Of a stretch of 64,000 bases of DNA, positions 24,039 through 33,649 are shown in pieces. Origin of the DNA: Acidobacteriota bacterium. Lineage in GTDB: Bacteria > Acidobacteriota > Terriglobia > Acidiferrales > UBA7541. Made by a program: the position numbers and the translations under genes. Within the stretch, counting starts at the first letter, position 1. Every line of letters starts with the position of its first letter. The notes beneath the pieces were generated by a model. It was not told the origin of the DNA and made no database searches. It saw only the letters and a list, made by a program, of their open reading frames with translations. The stretch spans positions 2,775 to 66,774 of the forward strand of contig DAHUXN010000083.1 in the NCBI GenBank assembly GCA_027307115.1, in the 5' to 3' direction.

Positions 24039-25709
24039 ATGGCTAAACCGGTGCTGATGGCCGTTGACGATGACGCGGAGGTATTGCGGGCGGTCGAGCG
24101 CGACCTGCGCAAACACTACGCCGAGCACTATCGCGTATTGCGCGCAGACTCCGGCTCTGCTGCGCTCAACGCGCTCCGCGGACTGAAAAGGCGCAGTGAA
24201 GCGGTCAGCCTTTTGCTTGCCGACCAGCGCATGCCGGAGATGAGCGGCGTCGAATTTATCCAGCGCGCTATGGATATCTACCCGGATGCGCGCCGCGTCC
24301 TGCTGACAGCGTATGCGGACACGGATGCCGCCATCCAAGCCATCAACGAAGCGAGAATTCATCACTACTTGTTGAAGCCGTGGGACCCGCCCGAGCAGCA
24401 CCTTTATCCGGTGCTGGACGACCTGCTGGAAGACTGGCAGGCGTCTTACCGGCCTGCATTTTCGGGAGTGCGCGTACTGGGACATCGTTGGTCTCCTCGT
24501 TCCTACGCCGTGCGCGACTTCCTGGCGCGCAATCAGGTGCCGTACCACTGGCTGGACGCGGAAGACGCTGAGAAGAGCGCGGAAACCCGCGAAGCTCTGA
24601 GTGTCGCGGGAGGCGAAGCGGGAAAGCTTCCGGTGGTTATGTTTTCGGACGGAACTTCTCTTTCCGATCCCACAACCCTGGAAATCGCCGAGCGGCTGGG
24701 ATTGCGCACGCGAGCGGAAACTTCCTTCTATGACCTGCTGATCGTCGGCGGCGGTCCCGCCGGACTTGCGGCCGCTGTCTACGGTGCTTCTGAAGGCCTG
24801 CGCACGGTGATGATCGAACGAGACGCGCCGGGCGGGCAAGCGGGCATGAGCTCGCGCATCGAGAACTATCTGGGCTTTCCCTCGGGCCTGAGCGGTGCAG
24901 ATCTCGCCCGGCGGGCCGTGACGCAAGCCCGGCGTTTTGGCGTGGAAATTCTCACGCCGCAGGAGGTGACCCGGCTGCGCGTCGAAGCGGGCTCAAAGTT
25001 CGTCGCTCTTGCCGACGGCACGGAAATCGGAGCGAAAGCGTTGATCATCGCCACAGGCGTCTCTTACCGGCGGCTCGACGTCCCGGGGATGGACCGTGTG
25101 CAAGCCGCCGGCGTCTATTATGGCGCGGCCATGACCGAAGCTGCGTCCTGCCGGGGCAAGGACGTTCACATCGTGGGCGGGGCGAATTCCGCGGGGCAAG
25201 CTGCGGTATTCTTTTCGCAGTACGCCCGGCGAGTGGTCATGCTCGTGCGCGGTAATTCATTGCAAAGCACCATGTCGCAATATCTGATTGACCAGATTCG
25301 CAAGACCGAAAACATCCACGTGGAGGTCAACTCGGAGGTTGTCGAAGTCTTCGGCCAAGAGCACCTGGAAGGCATCACGATTCGCTGCTCGACAACCGGG
25401 GAAAGTCAAAAAATCGCGACGGATTCGTTGTTCATCTTTATTGGCGGCCTGCCGGGCACCGACTGGCTCGCGGGGGTGATCGAACGCGATGAAAAGGGCT
25501 TTCTTCTGACGGGACCGGATCTGATGCGCGATGGCAAGCCTCCGAAAAAGTGGCCGCTTGAGCGCGATCCGTGGCTCCTGGAAGCGAGTGTCCCTGGTAT
25601 CTTCGTGGCGGGCGATGTGAGGTACCGTTCCATCAAGCGCGTTGCCTCCGGCGTGGGAGAGGGTTCCAATGCAGTGCAATTCGTGCATCAATACTTGAGT
25701 ACGGTGTGA
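24039..25709 (+). CDS. response-regulator receiver fused to a thioredoxin-reductase-fold flavoprotein lacking the CxxC redox centre
   Basis: Receiver: VLMAVDDDAEV...LLLADQRMPEMSG...LLTAYAD...LLKPW. FAD/NAD(P)H modules: DLLIVGGGPAGLAAAVYG, HIVGGANSAGQAA, GIFVAGDV. The 556-aa protein has only two Cys (EAASCRG, TIRCSTT) and no CxxC. Confidence 0.85.
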   Translation: MAKPVLMAVDDDAEVLRAVERDLRKHYAEHYRVLRADSGSAALNALRGLKRRSEAVSLLLADQRMPEMSGVEFIQRAMDIYPDARRVLLTAYADTDAAIQAINEARIHHYLLKPWDPPEQHLYPVLDDLLEDWQASYRPAFSGVRVLGHRWSPRSYAVRDFLARNQVPYHWLDAEDAEKSAETREALSVAGGEAGKLPVVMFSDGTSLSDPTTLEIAERLGLRTRAETSFYDLLIVGGGPAGLAAAVYGASEGLRTVMIERDAPGGQAGMSSRIENYLGFPSGLSGADLARRAVTQARRFGVEILTPQEVTRLRVEAGSKFVALADGTEIGAKALIIATGVSYRRLDVPGMDRVQAAGVYYGAAMTEAASCRGKDVHIVGGANSAGQAAVFFSQYARRVVMLVRGNSLQSTMSQYLIDQIRKTENIHVEVNSEVVEVFGQEHLEGITIRCSTTGESQKIATDSLFIFIGGLPGTDWLAGVIERDEKGFLLTGPDLMRDGKPPKKWPLERDPWLLEASVPGIFVAGDVRYRSIKRVASGVGEGSNAVQFVHQYLSTV

Positions 25710-25710
25710 G

Positions 25711-27210
25711 ATGAGCGAACAGCAAAACGCCGAACAGACTGCCCGCTTTGTTGCGGGCTTGCGCTTGATCTCGGTCTTCGCGGATCTGCCCGCGGAGGAT
25801 CTGGAATGGCTGGCCACGCGAATGGACGAGGTGACCTTCCACGCGGGACAGGTTTTCGCGCGGCCCGGCGACCCGGTGGACTATCTGAACGTGGTTCTCG
25901 ATGGCGAAATCCAGTTTGAGCGCGTGGATAACGCTGGCTCGTCGGTGCTCATTGCGTCTGCCGGCCAAGTTACCGGCCTGCTTCCTTTTTCGCGTCTCAC
26001 GCAGGTCCGCGGCACGGCCCGCGCTGTTTTGCCCTCGCGACTGCTTCGCCTCCACAAACAATATTTCCCGGAAATGCTGCAGCGCATGCCGGTGCTGGGC
26101 CAGCGTCTGGTCGCCCTGATGTCCGACCGTATCCGCGAAGTCACGCGCATGGAAACGCAGCAAGAGAAGCTCATGGCGCTCGGGAAACTTTCTGCTGGGC
26201 TTGCCCATGAACTGAACAATCCCGCCGCGGCGGCGCGCCGCGCTGCACAAAACCTCATGGAGGCGATGGAGAATGTCCGCGCCGCCAGCCTCAGGCTTCT
26301 TCAACACTCCTTCTCGGAGGCTCAGCGCGTTACGATGTTGCAATTCGAACAGGAAGCCATGAAGCAAACCGCTTCCACAGAAAAGCAGTCATCCGACCCT
26401 CTCGACTTCAGCGACCGTGAAGAAAAAATTACTAATTGGCTTGAGCGCCACAATATCGCCGAGCCCTACCAGATCGCCCCACTTTTGGCGGATGCTTGTA
26501 TAAGCCCCCAGAAACTGGACGCGCTTGCCGCCGCGACGGGAGAGGGCGCCGTGGGATACGTGCTGCGCCGCGTCGCTGCGCTGATCACCGTTTATGGGCT
26601 GGTTCAGGAAATCGACAACAGCACGCGCCGCATCAGCGATCTGGTGACGGCCATCAAACGCTATTCCTATATGGATCAGGGCGCCCTTCAAGAAGTGAAC
26701 CTTCAGGAAGATCTGGACAACACGTTAAAGATCTTTGGCCATCGCTTGAAAGATCGAATCACGGTCATCCGCGATTACGATCCTGCCCTGCCGCGAGTCT
26801 GTGCCTATGGCGGGGAACTCAATCAGGTGTGGACCAATCTTATTGATAACGCCCTTGACGCTATGAACGACAATGGCGAGCTGCGCGTGCGCGCGCTCCG
26901 CGAGCCGGATTGCGCCGTGGTGGAAATCGGCGACAATGGCCCCGGCATTCCGCCGGACGTGCAGTCGCGCATCTTCGAGCCCTTCTTCACTACCAAGAAA
27001 GTAGGCGAAGGCACAGGCCTTGGCCTCGATACCGCCATGCGCATCGTGCGCAAGCACCACGGTTCGATCGACCTGAAATCCCAGCCCGGCGACACGCGCT
27101 TTCGCGTTCGTCTGCCCTTCAAACAGCCGGCCGCTCTATCTCAGGGCGAGGGCACGCACGAAGGGTCGGTTCAACCGGCAAGCATCAGCAATGAGCCAAG
27201 CGAGCCTTGA
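25711..27210 (+). CDS. sensor histidine kinase with N-terminal cyclic-nucleotide-binding domain
   Basis: cNMP-binding-like N-terminus (FHAGQVFARPGDPVDYLNVVLDGEIQFERV...RGTARAV). H-box LSAGLAHELNNPAAAA. HATPase N, G1 and G2 boxes (WTNLIDNALDAM, VVEIGDNGPGIP, GTGLGLD). The ATG lies 1 nt after the upstream stop. Confidence 0.85.
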   Translation: MSEQQNAEQTARFVAGLRLISVFADLPAEDLEWLATRMDEVTFHAGQVFARPGDPVDYLNVVLDGEIQFERVDNAGSSVLIASAGQVTGLLPFSRLTQVRGTARAVLPSRLLRLHKQYFPEMLQRMPVLGQRLVALMSDRIREVTRMETQQEKLMALGKLSAGLAHELNNPAAAARRAAQNLMEAMENVRAASLRLLQHSFSEAQRVTMLQFEQEAMKQTASTEKQSSDPLDFSDREEKITNWLERHNIAEPYQIAPLLADACISPQKLDALAAATGEGAVGYVLRRVAALITVYGLVQEIDNSTRRISDLVTAIKRYSYMDQGALQEVNLQEDLDNTLKIFGHRLKDRITVIRDYDPALPRVCAYGGELNQVWTNLIDNALDAMNDNGELRVRALREPDCAVVEIGDNGPGIPPDVQSRIFEPFFTTKKVGEGTGLGLDTAMRIVRKHHGSIDLKSQPGDTRFRVRLPFKQPAALSQGEGTHEGSVQPASISNEPSEP

Positions 27211-27341
27211 AGAGCGCATCAGCGGCGCCGATACGGACGGCACCGGCGAACTGTTCGAAAACATCAGCGGCGTCTGAGCGCTGTTCACATATTCCGACTC
27301 GGAGTATTCTGCCGGTCTCGCTATTGGTTGCGGAGAAATCG

Positions 27342-27710
27342 ATGGATTTGAACATCACAACGCGTGCGAACGGAAGCGCCACGATTGTCGACGTTTGCTG
27401 CGATGTCACCTTGTATAACACTCCTGAGCTTCGCAAGGCGCTTATGAGTTTGCTGAAGGTGAAGAAAGCGCCGCGCGTAATCGTGAACATGACCACCGTA
27501 CGTTATATCGATAGCGCGGGCGTGGCCTGCTTGGTCGAAGCCTTGAAAGTCGCTAAGGATTGGAAGCTCGGCTTTGCGTTCTTCGGGCTGAATCGCGTAG
27601 CGAAAGAAGTCCTCGAATTGACGCGTTTGATTCACGTCTTTGAAGTGTATGGCACGGAAGAAGAGGCCGTCCGTGGCGAGCGGCCGGCTCCTTCGAGCGC
27701 CGCGGTTTAA
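27342..27710 (+). CDS. STAS-domain protein (anti-sigma-factor antagonist, SpoIIAA-like)
   Basis: From ATG 27342: MDLNITTRANGSATIVDVCCDVTLYNTPELRKAL...VIVNMTTVRYIDSAGVACLVEALK...EVLELTRLIHVFEVY. The ORF track's 27207 start adds an implausible N-terminus. Confidence 0.8.
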   Translation: MDLNITTRANGSATIVDVCCDVTLYNTPELRKALMSLLKVKKAPRVIVNMTTVRYIDSAGVACLVEALKVAKDWKLGFAFFGLNRVAKEVLELTRLIHVFEVYGTEEEAVRGERPAPSSAAV

Positions 27711-27802
27711 GCCTCGACTATGTCCGTCATGGAGGCAGTCAGACAGGCTCAGTCGACAAAACATCCTTCCACACCGTCGGCATGGTTAGAGAAATTCTCA
27801 CC

Positions 27803-28165
27803 TCAATGCATTTCAAGGTCGGAATACTCCGGGTGCTGCTCTACGTATCGCCGTACCGTCGGACAGATAATGTCGACCTTAAGGTTGTGCTCTCGTGCCC
27901 ACTGGAGAGCGTACTCTGCCAAGGCCGATGCGAGACCCAAACGCCGCAACCCTTTAGGAACTTCCGTGTGTGTCAACTCCAGAATGTTTCCCGCCAAACT
28001 ATATTCCAGATAGGCAACTTGCCCGCTCTGCTCGATCTCGAAACGGCCGGTCGTTACTTTCTGCAAATGTAGAGGCTTCCGATGAAAAATATTCCACACA
28101 GCGATAAGACCCTTCCTGGCGTGAGTGCCTACCGATGGGGGTCGGCCACCGCTTAACAGGGTCAT
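27803..28165 (-). CDS. GNAT-like N-acetyltransferase (YjdJ/Acetyltransf_CG type)
   Basis: RFEIEQSGQVAYLEYSLAGNILELTHTEVPKGLRRLGLASALAEYALQWAREHNLKVDIICPTVRRYVEQHPEYSDL. The start codon is uncertain. Confidence 0.7.
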   Translation of the reverse strand: MTLLSGGRPPSVGTHARKGLIAVWNIFHRKPLHLQKVTTGRFEIEQSGQVAYLEYSLAGNILELTHTEVPKGLRRLGLASALAEYALQWAREHNLKVDIICPTVRRYVEQHPEYSDLEMH

Positions 28166-28195
28166 CCGTGACGATTCGATTAAGCGGAGCCTAAC

Positions 28196-29767
28196 CTAAC
28201 CGGGCGGAGTTTTATACCGGCCGCCAATCATTAGCGATGCGACCGCAGCACTTGCCAACGACAAACCTGCACAGATTAACATTACGCATCGGAATCCAAA
28301 GACGAAGGCACGGGAAATTGATACCCGGATCATCGCTGTCTTGTCGGCATCCAGGCCAGAGGGTAGGTCAAGGCCGGCGAGCTTGATTTCGTTCGCCTGA
28401 ACGTACCGGAGAATGCCGGGCGGAAGCAGTCCGCCCGCGAGACTACGATTCAAGCTAGAACTGAATGATTTCACCATCACGATCCCGAGGATGGCAATGG
28501 CAAGTACCCCCGCAACCCGGGCGACCGCATTGTTGATGCCTGAGGCCGTGCCGCCACGGTCCTGGTCTACTGAACTCATAACCACAGTAGTGAGAGGAGC
28601 CACACTGACCGCCATTCCAAACCCGAGAACAACAAACGCAGGGAAGAATGTCTTCCAGTAGTTCGCTTCCACGCCGGGTACGGCAAAGAGAAAGAAACCC
28701 GCCGCGGCAATCAGCGGCCCGATGACCAGCGGCGGCCGCGGCCCATAGCGCGTCACCAGTCCGCCAGACCAGCGCGAAAGAAAGAACATCAGCAGAATTA
28801 GCGGCAGCGCGGCGGCACCGGTTGCAGTTGTCGAGTAATTCTGCACTTGGATTAGGTTCATCGGGAACAAGAAAAAGAAGATTCCAAGAGCGGCATAGAG
28901 AAACAGGGTGAGCAGGTTCGCACCGCTAAAACTGCGTGACACAAAAAGCGTCAACGGAACCATGGGTGAACTTATCCTGGCTTCGACGAACACGAATCCA
29001 ATCAGACAGACGAACCCGGCGATCAGGCTGCCGAAAACCAATGGATGGCCCCAACCGAGATTTGTAGACTCGATCAGGCCATAGACCACGCCGCCTAATC
29101 CGACAGTCGCGACCAGGGCTCCCAGCCAATCCGCATGCCTGGCAGCAGCGCTACGGCTTTCGGGAATGCGCCGCAACGAAATTGCGATTACGGTGGCCGC
29201 AATGGGAACATTAATAAAGAAAACCCACCGCCAAGACGCATGCTCAATCAGCCAGCCACCGAGAACCGGCCCCAATGCTGTTGTGATCGCCGTAAAGCCG
29301 GACCATGTACCGATCGCTCGACCGCGAGTTTTTTCGTCGAAACACGCGCTGATGATCGAGAGGCTGCCAGGCACCAGGAAGGCAGCTCCCACACCCTGAA
29401 TACTCCGCGCAAGCACTAACTGCTGAATGTTCGAGGCAAGACCACAGCCGATGGAAGCAGCCGTGAAAATTCCCACGCCACACAGGAACATCAATCGGCG
29501 GCCGAACAAGTCGCCGAGAGAGCCGCCGACGAGAATCAAAGCTCCTAAAAATAAGCCGTAAGATTCGACCACCCATTGCACACCGACCACAGTTGCGTGA
29601 AGATTTACTTGAAGCGCAGGCAAAGCGACATTAACGACGGTGCTGTCGATAAAGGCCATGCTTGAACCGAGAATTGTCGCTGCCAGAATCCAACGTCCAT
29701 TTTCCGCTGCGCATGGAGTGTCAGCATTTATCGACCGGAGCACGGCTTCGTCGCATGGCGGTTTCAT
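28196..29767 (-). CDS. MFS transporter, DHA2 (EmrB/QacA, 14-TMS) family
   Basis: ILAATILGSSMAFIDSTVVNVALP...LGDLFGRRLMF...ARSIQGVGAAFLVPGSLSII with about 14 hydrophobic helices. ATG 29767 (MKPPCDE...) is preferred over the track's 29875. Confidence 0.85.
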   Translation of the reverse strand: MKPPCDEAVLRSINADTPCAAENGRWILAATILGSSMAFIDSTVVNVALPALQVNLHATVVGVQWVVESYGLFLGALILVGGSLGDLFGRRLMFLCGVGIFTAASIGCGLASNIQQLVLARSIQGVGAAFLVPGSLSIISACFDEKTRGRAIGTWSGFTAITTALGPVLGGWLIEHASWRWVFFINVPIAATVIAISLRRIPESRSAAARHADWLGALVATVGLGGVVYGLIESTNLGWGHPLVFGSLIAGFVCLIGFVFVEARISSPMVPLTLFVSRSFSGANLLTLFLYAALGIFFFLFPMNLIQVQNYSTTATGAAALPLILLMFFLSRWSGGLVTRYGPRPPLVIGPLIAAAGFFLFAVPGVEANYWKTFFPAFVVLGFGMAVSVAPLTTVVMSSVDQDRGGTASGINNAVARVAGVLAIAILGIVMVKSFSSSLNRSLAGGLLPPGILRYVQANEIKLAGLDLPSGLDADKTAMIRVSISRAFVFGFRCVMLICAGLSLASAAVASLMIGGRYKTPPG

Positions 29768-30144
29768 GACGGTTATGGATGCATTCTCATGTGGATTGGA
29801 TGAGGCTCCGGCAGCCCCCGGTCGTCTAGACTCATACACTTCAACAGGAGAAACTTTGCAGGAAAGGAACTGCAAAGTGAACAGAAAAAGAGGAGAACGA
29901 TACAGCCAGAAATTCCGTTGTCAGACTCTTAGCGTACGGACGTGGGAGTGAAGCCCTATTTGAGAGAGTTTTCGCCGCCAGGCATCCGAGTCCGACAATT
30001 ATCGCCGAGCTGCCGACAATCCGGGAACTACTCGATTTAGTAGGCGCAATCCCGTTTATCAGTGCCGAGCGGGTTTACGCGCGCGCAAAATCATGCGCCA
30101 AACGCGGGGGTGTGGGCATCGAATCACGCAGGGAGGAAGACACT

Positions 30145-31131
30145 ATGCAAGCCGCAGTCGTACCTGCTGTGAGCAGTTCGTGGCAGATCAAAGACGTTCC
30201 GCAACCTCAACCCGGGCCGAACCAAGTTCTCGTGAAGATGCACGCGAGCGGAATCTGCTATACCGACGTGCATGAAACCCTCGGACACATTCCGGGACAA
30301 TTTCCCCGAATTCTAGGTCACGAGCCGGTCGGCGAGATCGTCGCCGTGGCTTCCGACGTCACAACGCGAAAAGTAGGCGACCGCGTGGGCACCGCATGGA
30401 TTCAATCCACGTGCGGGCGCTGCGAATGGTGCCAGCGAGGCCGCAAGATGTTCTGTCCCTATCTGAAGAGTACGGGGCTCGATGTACAAGGCGGTCACGC
30501 CGAATACATGCTGATGAATGCCGACGCCACCTACCTGATTCCGGAAAAGGTTTCCTATGAGCAAGCGGCCCCGATTTTCTGCGCCGGCTACACCGTCTAT
30601 AGCGGGCTCCGCTGGGCCGATCCCAAACCGCATGAGCGCGTGGCCGTGCTCGGAATTGGCGGCCTTGGGCACCTCGCGGTGCAATATGCAAAAGCTGGGG
30701 GCTTCGAGACCATCGCGATTTCGCACTCCCCCGATAAAGACAAGATGATCCGCGATCTCGGCGCGGATGAAATTGTCCGCGACGGAAAGAGCCTTGCCGC
30801 AGCGGGTGGCGCAGACGTGATCCTCAGCACTTCCAATTCGACCAAATCGATGGTGGACAGCATTCAGGGGCTGCGGCCGGACGGCCGGCTCGTCACAATG
30901 GGAGCCGACGCGGAGCCGCTTTCGATCTCGCTGATGGACCTCATCTCGAAGCGCATTCGGATAATTGGCAGCCAGCAAAACGGCCCCGAATATCTCTACG
31001 AAGCCCTGGATTTTGTAGCGCAAGGAAGAGTTAAAACGATAGTCGAGACGTACCCATTGGCCGAGGCTCCGAAGGCATATCAGCGCGTCGTGGAAGGCAA
31101 GGCCCGGTTTCGCGCCGTACTCACGATGTAA
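30145..31131 (+). CDS. zinc-dependent alcohol dehydrogenase family protein
   Basis: MQAAVVPAV...VLVKMHASGICYTDVHETLGHIPGQFPRILGHEPVGEIVAV...CGRCEWC...VAVLGIGGLGHLAVQYAK. Confidence 0.9.
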   Translation: MQAAVVPAVSSSWQIKDVPQPQPGPNQVLVKMHASGICYTDVHETLGHIPGQFPRILGHEPVGEIVAVASDVTTRKVGDRVGTAWIQSTCGRCEWCQRGRKMFCPYLKSTGLDVQGGHAEYMLMNADATYLIPEKVSYEQAAPIFCAGYTVYSGLRWADPKPHERVAVLGIGGLGHLAVQYAKAGGFETIAISHSPDKDKMIRDLGADEIVRDGKSLAAAGGADVILSTSNSTKSMVDSIQGLRPDGRLVTMGADAEPLSISLMDLISKRIRIIGSQQNGPEYLYEALDFVAQGRVKTIVETYPLAEAPKAYQRVVEGKARFRAVLTM

Positions 31132-31168
31132 CACCGAATATTGGAGTGAACGAACGTCCGGCCAAACT

Positions 31169-32233
31169 GTGCGCGTTGGTGTATTCTGTCGCGCTGTCGG
31201 AAGCCCCGGGAGAACTTCGATTCGCAAATATAATTTGGCGCTGATTGGCTTCGGAAATGTCGGGCGGGAACTCGTGCGTCTCCTGGCTTCGAAGAAAGTC
31301 GGGCTGAGCAAGAATTGTGGCATCGAGTGGAATCTCACGGGAGTAGCATCGCGGCGAATCGGCTGGATAGCGGATCCCAATGGCCTCGATCCTTCGGCGA
31401 CGCTCGCGCAAAGCTGGCCGGAGGCGCGCGGTGCGAAGGCTCCGCAAAATGTCCGCGAATGGATCGCCGCGTCGCGGGCGGACGTTGTTTTTGAGGCCAG
31501 CTCGCTCAATCGCCACACAGGGCAACCGGCAATCGATCACTTGAAAGCAGCGCTCGAAGCGGGCGCACATGCGATCAGCGCGAATAAAGGGCCGGTTGTG
31601 CACGCGTATCGCGAACTGCGCGAATTGGCGGCGAAAAATGGCCGGAAGTTTTTCTTTGAATCGACGGTAATGGATGGCACGCCGATTTTCTCCATGTTTC
31701 CGCACTGTTTGCCTGGCGTTGAGCTGCGAGGTTTTCGCGGGATTCTGAATTCAACCACGAACGTTGTGCTTACGGAAATGGAAAACGGGCTAAGCCTCGA
31801 GCAAGCGGTGAAGAAGGCGCAAGAAATCGGCGTGGCCGAAACGGATCCGTCGGACGATCTGGACGGTTGGGATGCGGCTGTCAAAGTAGCTGCGCTCGCG
31901 ATTGTGTTGATGGGCGCGCCGATCAAGCTCGAAGAAATCGAACGCGTCGGAATCCGCACGGTTACTGCGGAACAGGTGCGCGGAGCGCGCGCTGCCGGCA
32001 TGAGGTACAAATTGATCTGTCGCGCCGAACGCACCCCCGACGGCCGAGTGCACGCAAGCGTTAGGCCGGAGCAACTGCCGATGAGCGATCCGCTCGCTCT
32101 GCTCGAAGGAACGACTTCGGCGGTGCGATTCGACATGGACGTGTTCGGGCTGTCGATCATCGAGCACAAGCCTGGCGTAATTGCCACGGCGTATGGCTTG
32201 CTCGCGGATTTTATTCGCGCCACGAAAAGTTGA
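31169..32233 (+). CDS. homoserine dehydrogenase (short form, no ACT domain)
   Basis: LALIGFGNVGRELVRLL...AISANKGPVV...FFESTVMDGTPIF... The start is GTG or another alternative and is uncertain. Confidence 0.75.
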   Translation: MRVGVFCRAVGSPGRTSIRKYNLALIGFGNVGRELVRLLASKKVGLSKNCGIEWNLTGVASRRIGWIADPNGLDPSATLAQSWPEARGAKAPQNVREWIAASRADVVFEASSLNRHTGQPAIDHLKAALEAGAHAISANKGPVVHAYRELRELAAKNGRKFFFESTVMDGTPIFSMFPHCLPGVELRGFRGILNSTTNVVLTEMENGLSLEQAVKKAQEIGVAETDPSDDLDGWDAAVKVAALAIVLMGAPIKLEEIERVGIRTVTAEQVRGARAAGMRYKLICRAERTPDGRVHASVRPEQLPMSDPLALLEGTTSAVRFDMDVFGLSIIEHKPGVIATAYGLLADFIRATKS

Positions 32234-32256
32234 AACGTTGACTCAGGAAGATTCCG

Positions 32257-33552
32257 ATGACTACTCCAGCGTTTCGAGAAAGCGATACAGCACAGAAGCC
32301 GTTGGCGCTTGATGTGAACTGGGTTCGCGCGCAGTTCCCGGCGTTGAAGCAGATGGTAAACGGCCATCTGGCCGCGTTTCTTGATGCGCCGGCGGGAACG
32401 CAGGTGCCGCAGCGCGTGATCGATGCCGTGCGCGACTATTTCGAAAACTCGAACGCGAATACCTGCGGCGCATTTGCCACCAGCCGCCGCACGGACGCGA
32501 TGATTGCCGCGGCGCGTGCGGCCATGGCGGATTTTTTCAATTGCGACGCGGACGAAGTGTTTTTCGGCCCAAACATGACGACGATCACGTTTGCGCTGGC
32601 GCGCGGCATCGGCCGCGATTTGCGCGCTGGCGACGAAATCGTCGTTACCACACTCGACCACGATGCGAACGTTGCCCCATGGGGCACGCTCGAGGAACGC
32701 GGCGGCGTCGTACGCCAGATAGATATTCGCAAAGAGGATTGCACGCTGGACATGGACGATCTCCGGCGGAAGATTACCTCGCGCACGAAGCTCGTCGCCG
32801 TGGGTTACGCGTCGAACGCCGTCGGAACCATCAATCCCGTCTCGGAAATCGTGAAACTCGCGCATGACGCCGGCGCTCTCGCGTTTATTGACGCCGTGCA
32901 CTACGCGCCACATGGCACGATTGACGTCCGCGCGCTCGATTGTGATTTTCTGGCTTGTTCGCCATACAAATTCTTCGGCCCGCACATGGGTTGCATCTAC
33001 GGCAAACGCGAGCTGCTTCTGCGCTTTCGCCCGTACAAAGTTCGCCCCGCGCCCGAAACGCTGCCGGATCGTTGGGAGACAGGCACGCAGCTCCATGAGG
33101 GATTGGCTGGCGTTGCGGCGGCCATTGAATATTTAGCGGAGTTGGGCCGGCGCTGCTCTGCAACGCAACTGACCACGCGGCGCACAGCGCTTGTGAGCGC
33201 GCATCGCGCCATGCGCGAGCACGAAATGAATTTGGCGGCGCGCATGATCTGTGGTTTGCTCGAAATTCCGGGGCTGCGTTTCTACGGCATTTCCGATCCC
33301 GCGCGATTTTCTGAGCGCGTTCCAACCGTCGGAGTGCGGCTGGCGAATGGCAAACCGCTCGATGCCGCGAAATTCCTGGGCGACCGCGGCATTTTCACCT
33401 GGGACGGAAATTACTACGCGTTAAATTTGACCGAGCGTCTCGGCGTAGAAAAAGACGGCGGCTTGCTGCGCATCGGCCTGGTGCATTACAACACTGTTGA
33501 CGAAGTAGACCGCCTCATCGCCGCGTTGCACGAATTCGCGGCCTCCCACTAA
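32257..33552 (+). CDS. class V aminotransferase, cysteine desulfurase-like (VC1184/TIGR01976-like)
   Basis: FPALKQMVNGHLAAFLDAPAGTQVPQRVIDAV...TTLDHDANVAPW...AVGYASNAVGTINP...FIDAVHYAPHGTIDVRALDCDFLACSPYKFFGPHMG. Confidence 0.8.
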   Translation: MTTPAFRESDTAQKPLALDVNWVRAQFPALKQMVNGHLAAFLDAPAGTQVPQRVIDAVRDYFENSNANTCGAFATSRRTDAMIAAARAAMADFFNCDADEVFFGPNMTTITFALARGIGRDLRAGDEIVVTTLDHDANVAPWGTLEERGGVVRQIDIRKEDCTLDMDDLRRKITSRTKLVAVGYASNAVGTINPVSEIVKLAHDAGALAFIDAVHYAPHGTIDVRALDCDFLACSPYKFFGPHMGCIYGKRELLLRFRPYKVRPAPETLPDRWETGTQLHEGLAGVAAAIEYLAELGRRCSATQLTTRRTALVSAHRAMREHEMNLAARMICGLLEIPGLRFYGISDPARFSERVPTVGVRLANGKPLDAAKFLGDRGIFTWDGNYYALNLTERLGVEKDGGLLRIGLVHYNTVDEVDRLIAALHEFAASH

Positions 33553-33649
33553 CGGTAAATTCCGAGTCGCCCTCTTCATCGCTAATAGACCGCCGCAAAA
33601 TCTGAGCATTCCGTTTTCCCGCCGATTCCGTGTATTCTGACGCGTCACC

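Noticed and set aside
31537-33096. 519-aa ORF on the minus strand. Similar long antisense ORFs occur at 30313-31518, 23874-24926, 7055-7915, 7985-8899, 44234-45667, 58242-59822, 61374-62375, 25633-26367, 36428-37279 and 54298-55164.
   Set aside because: Each lies antisense to, or out of frame with, a gene that has clear family motifs. Their translations are Arg/Ala/Gly-rich with no recognisable motifs, which is the usual shadow-ORF effect of high-GC DNA.
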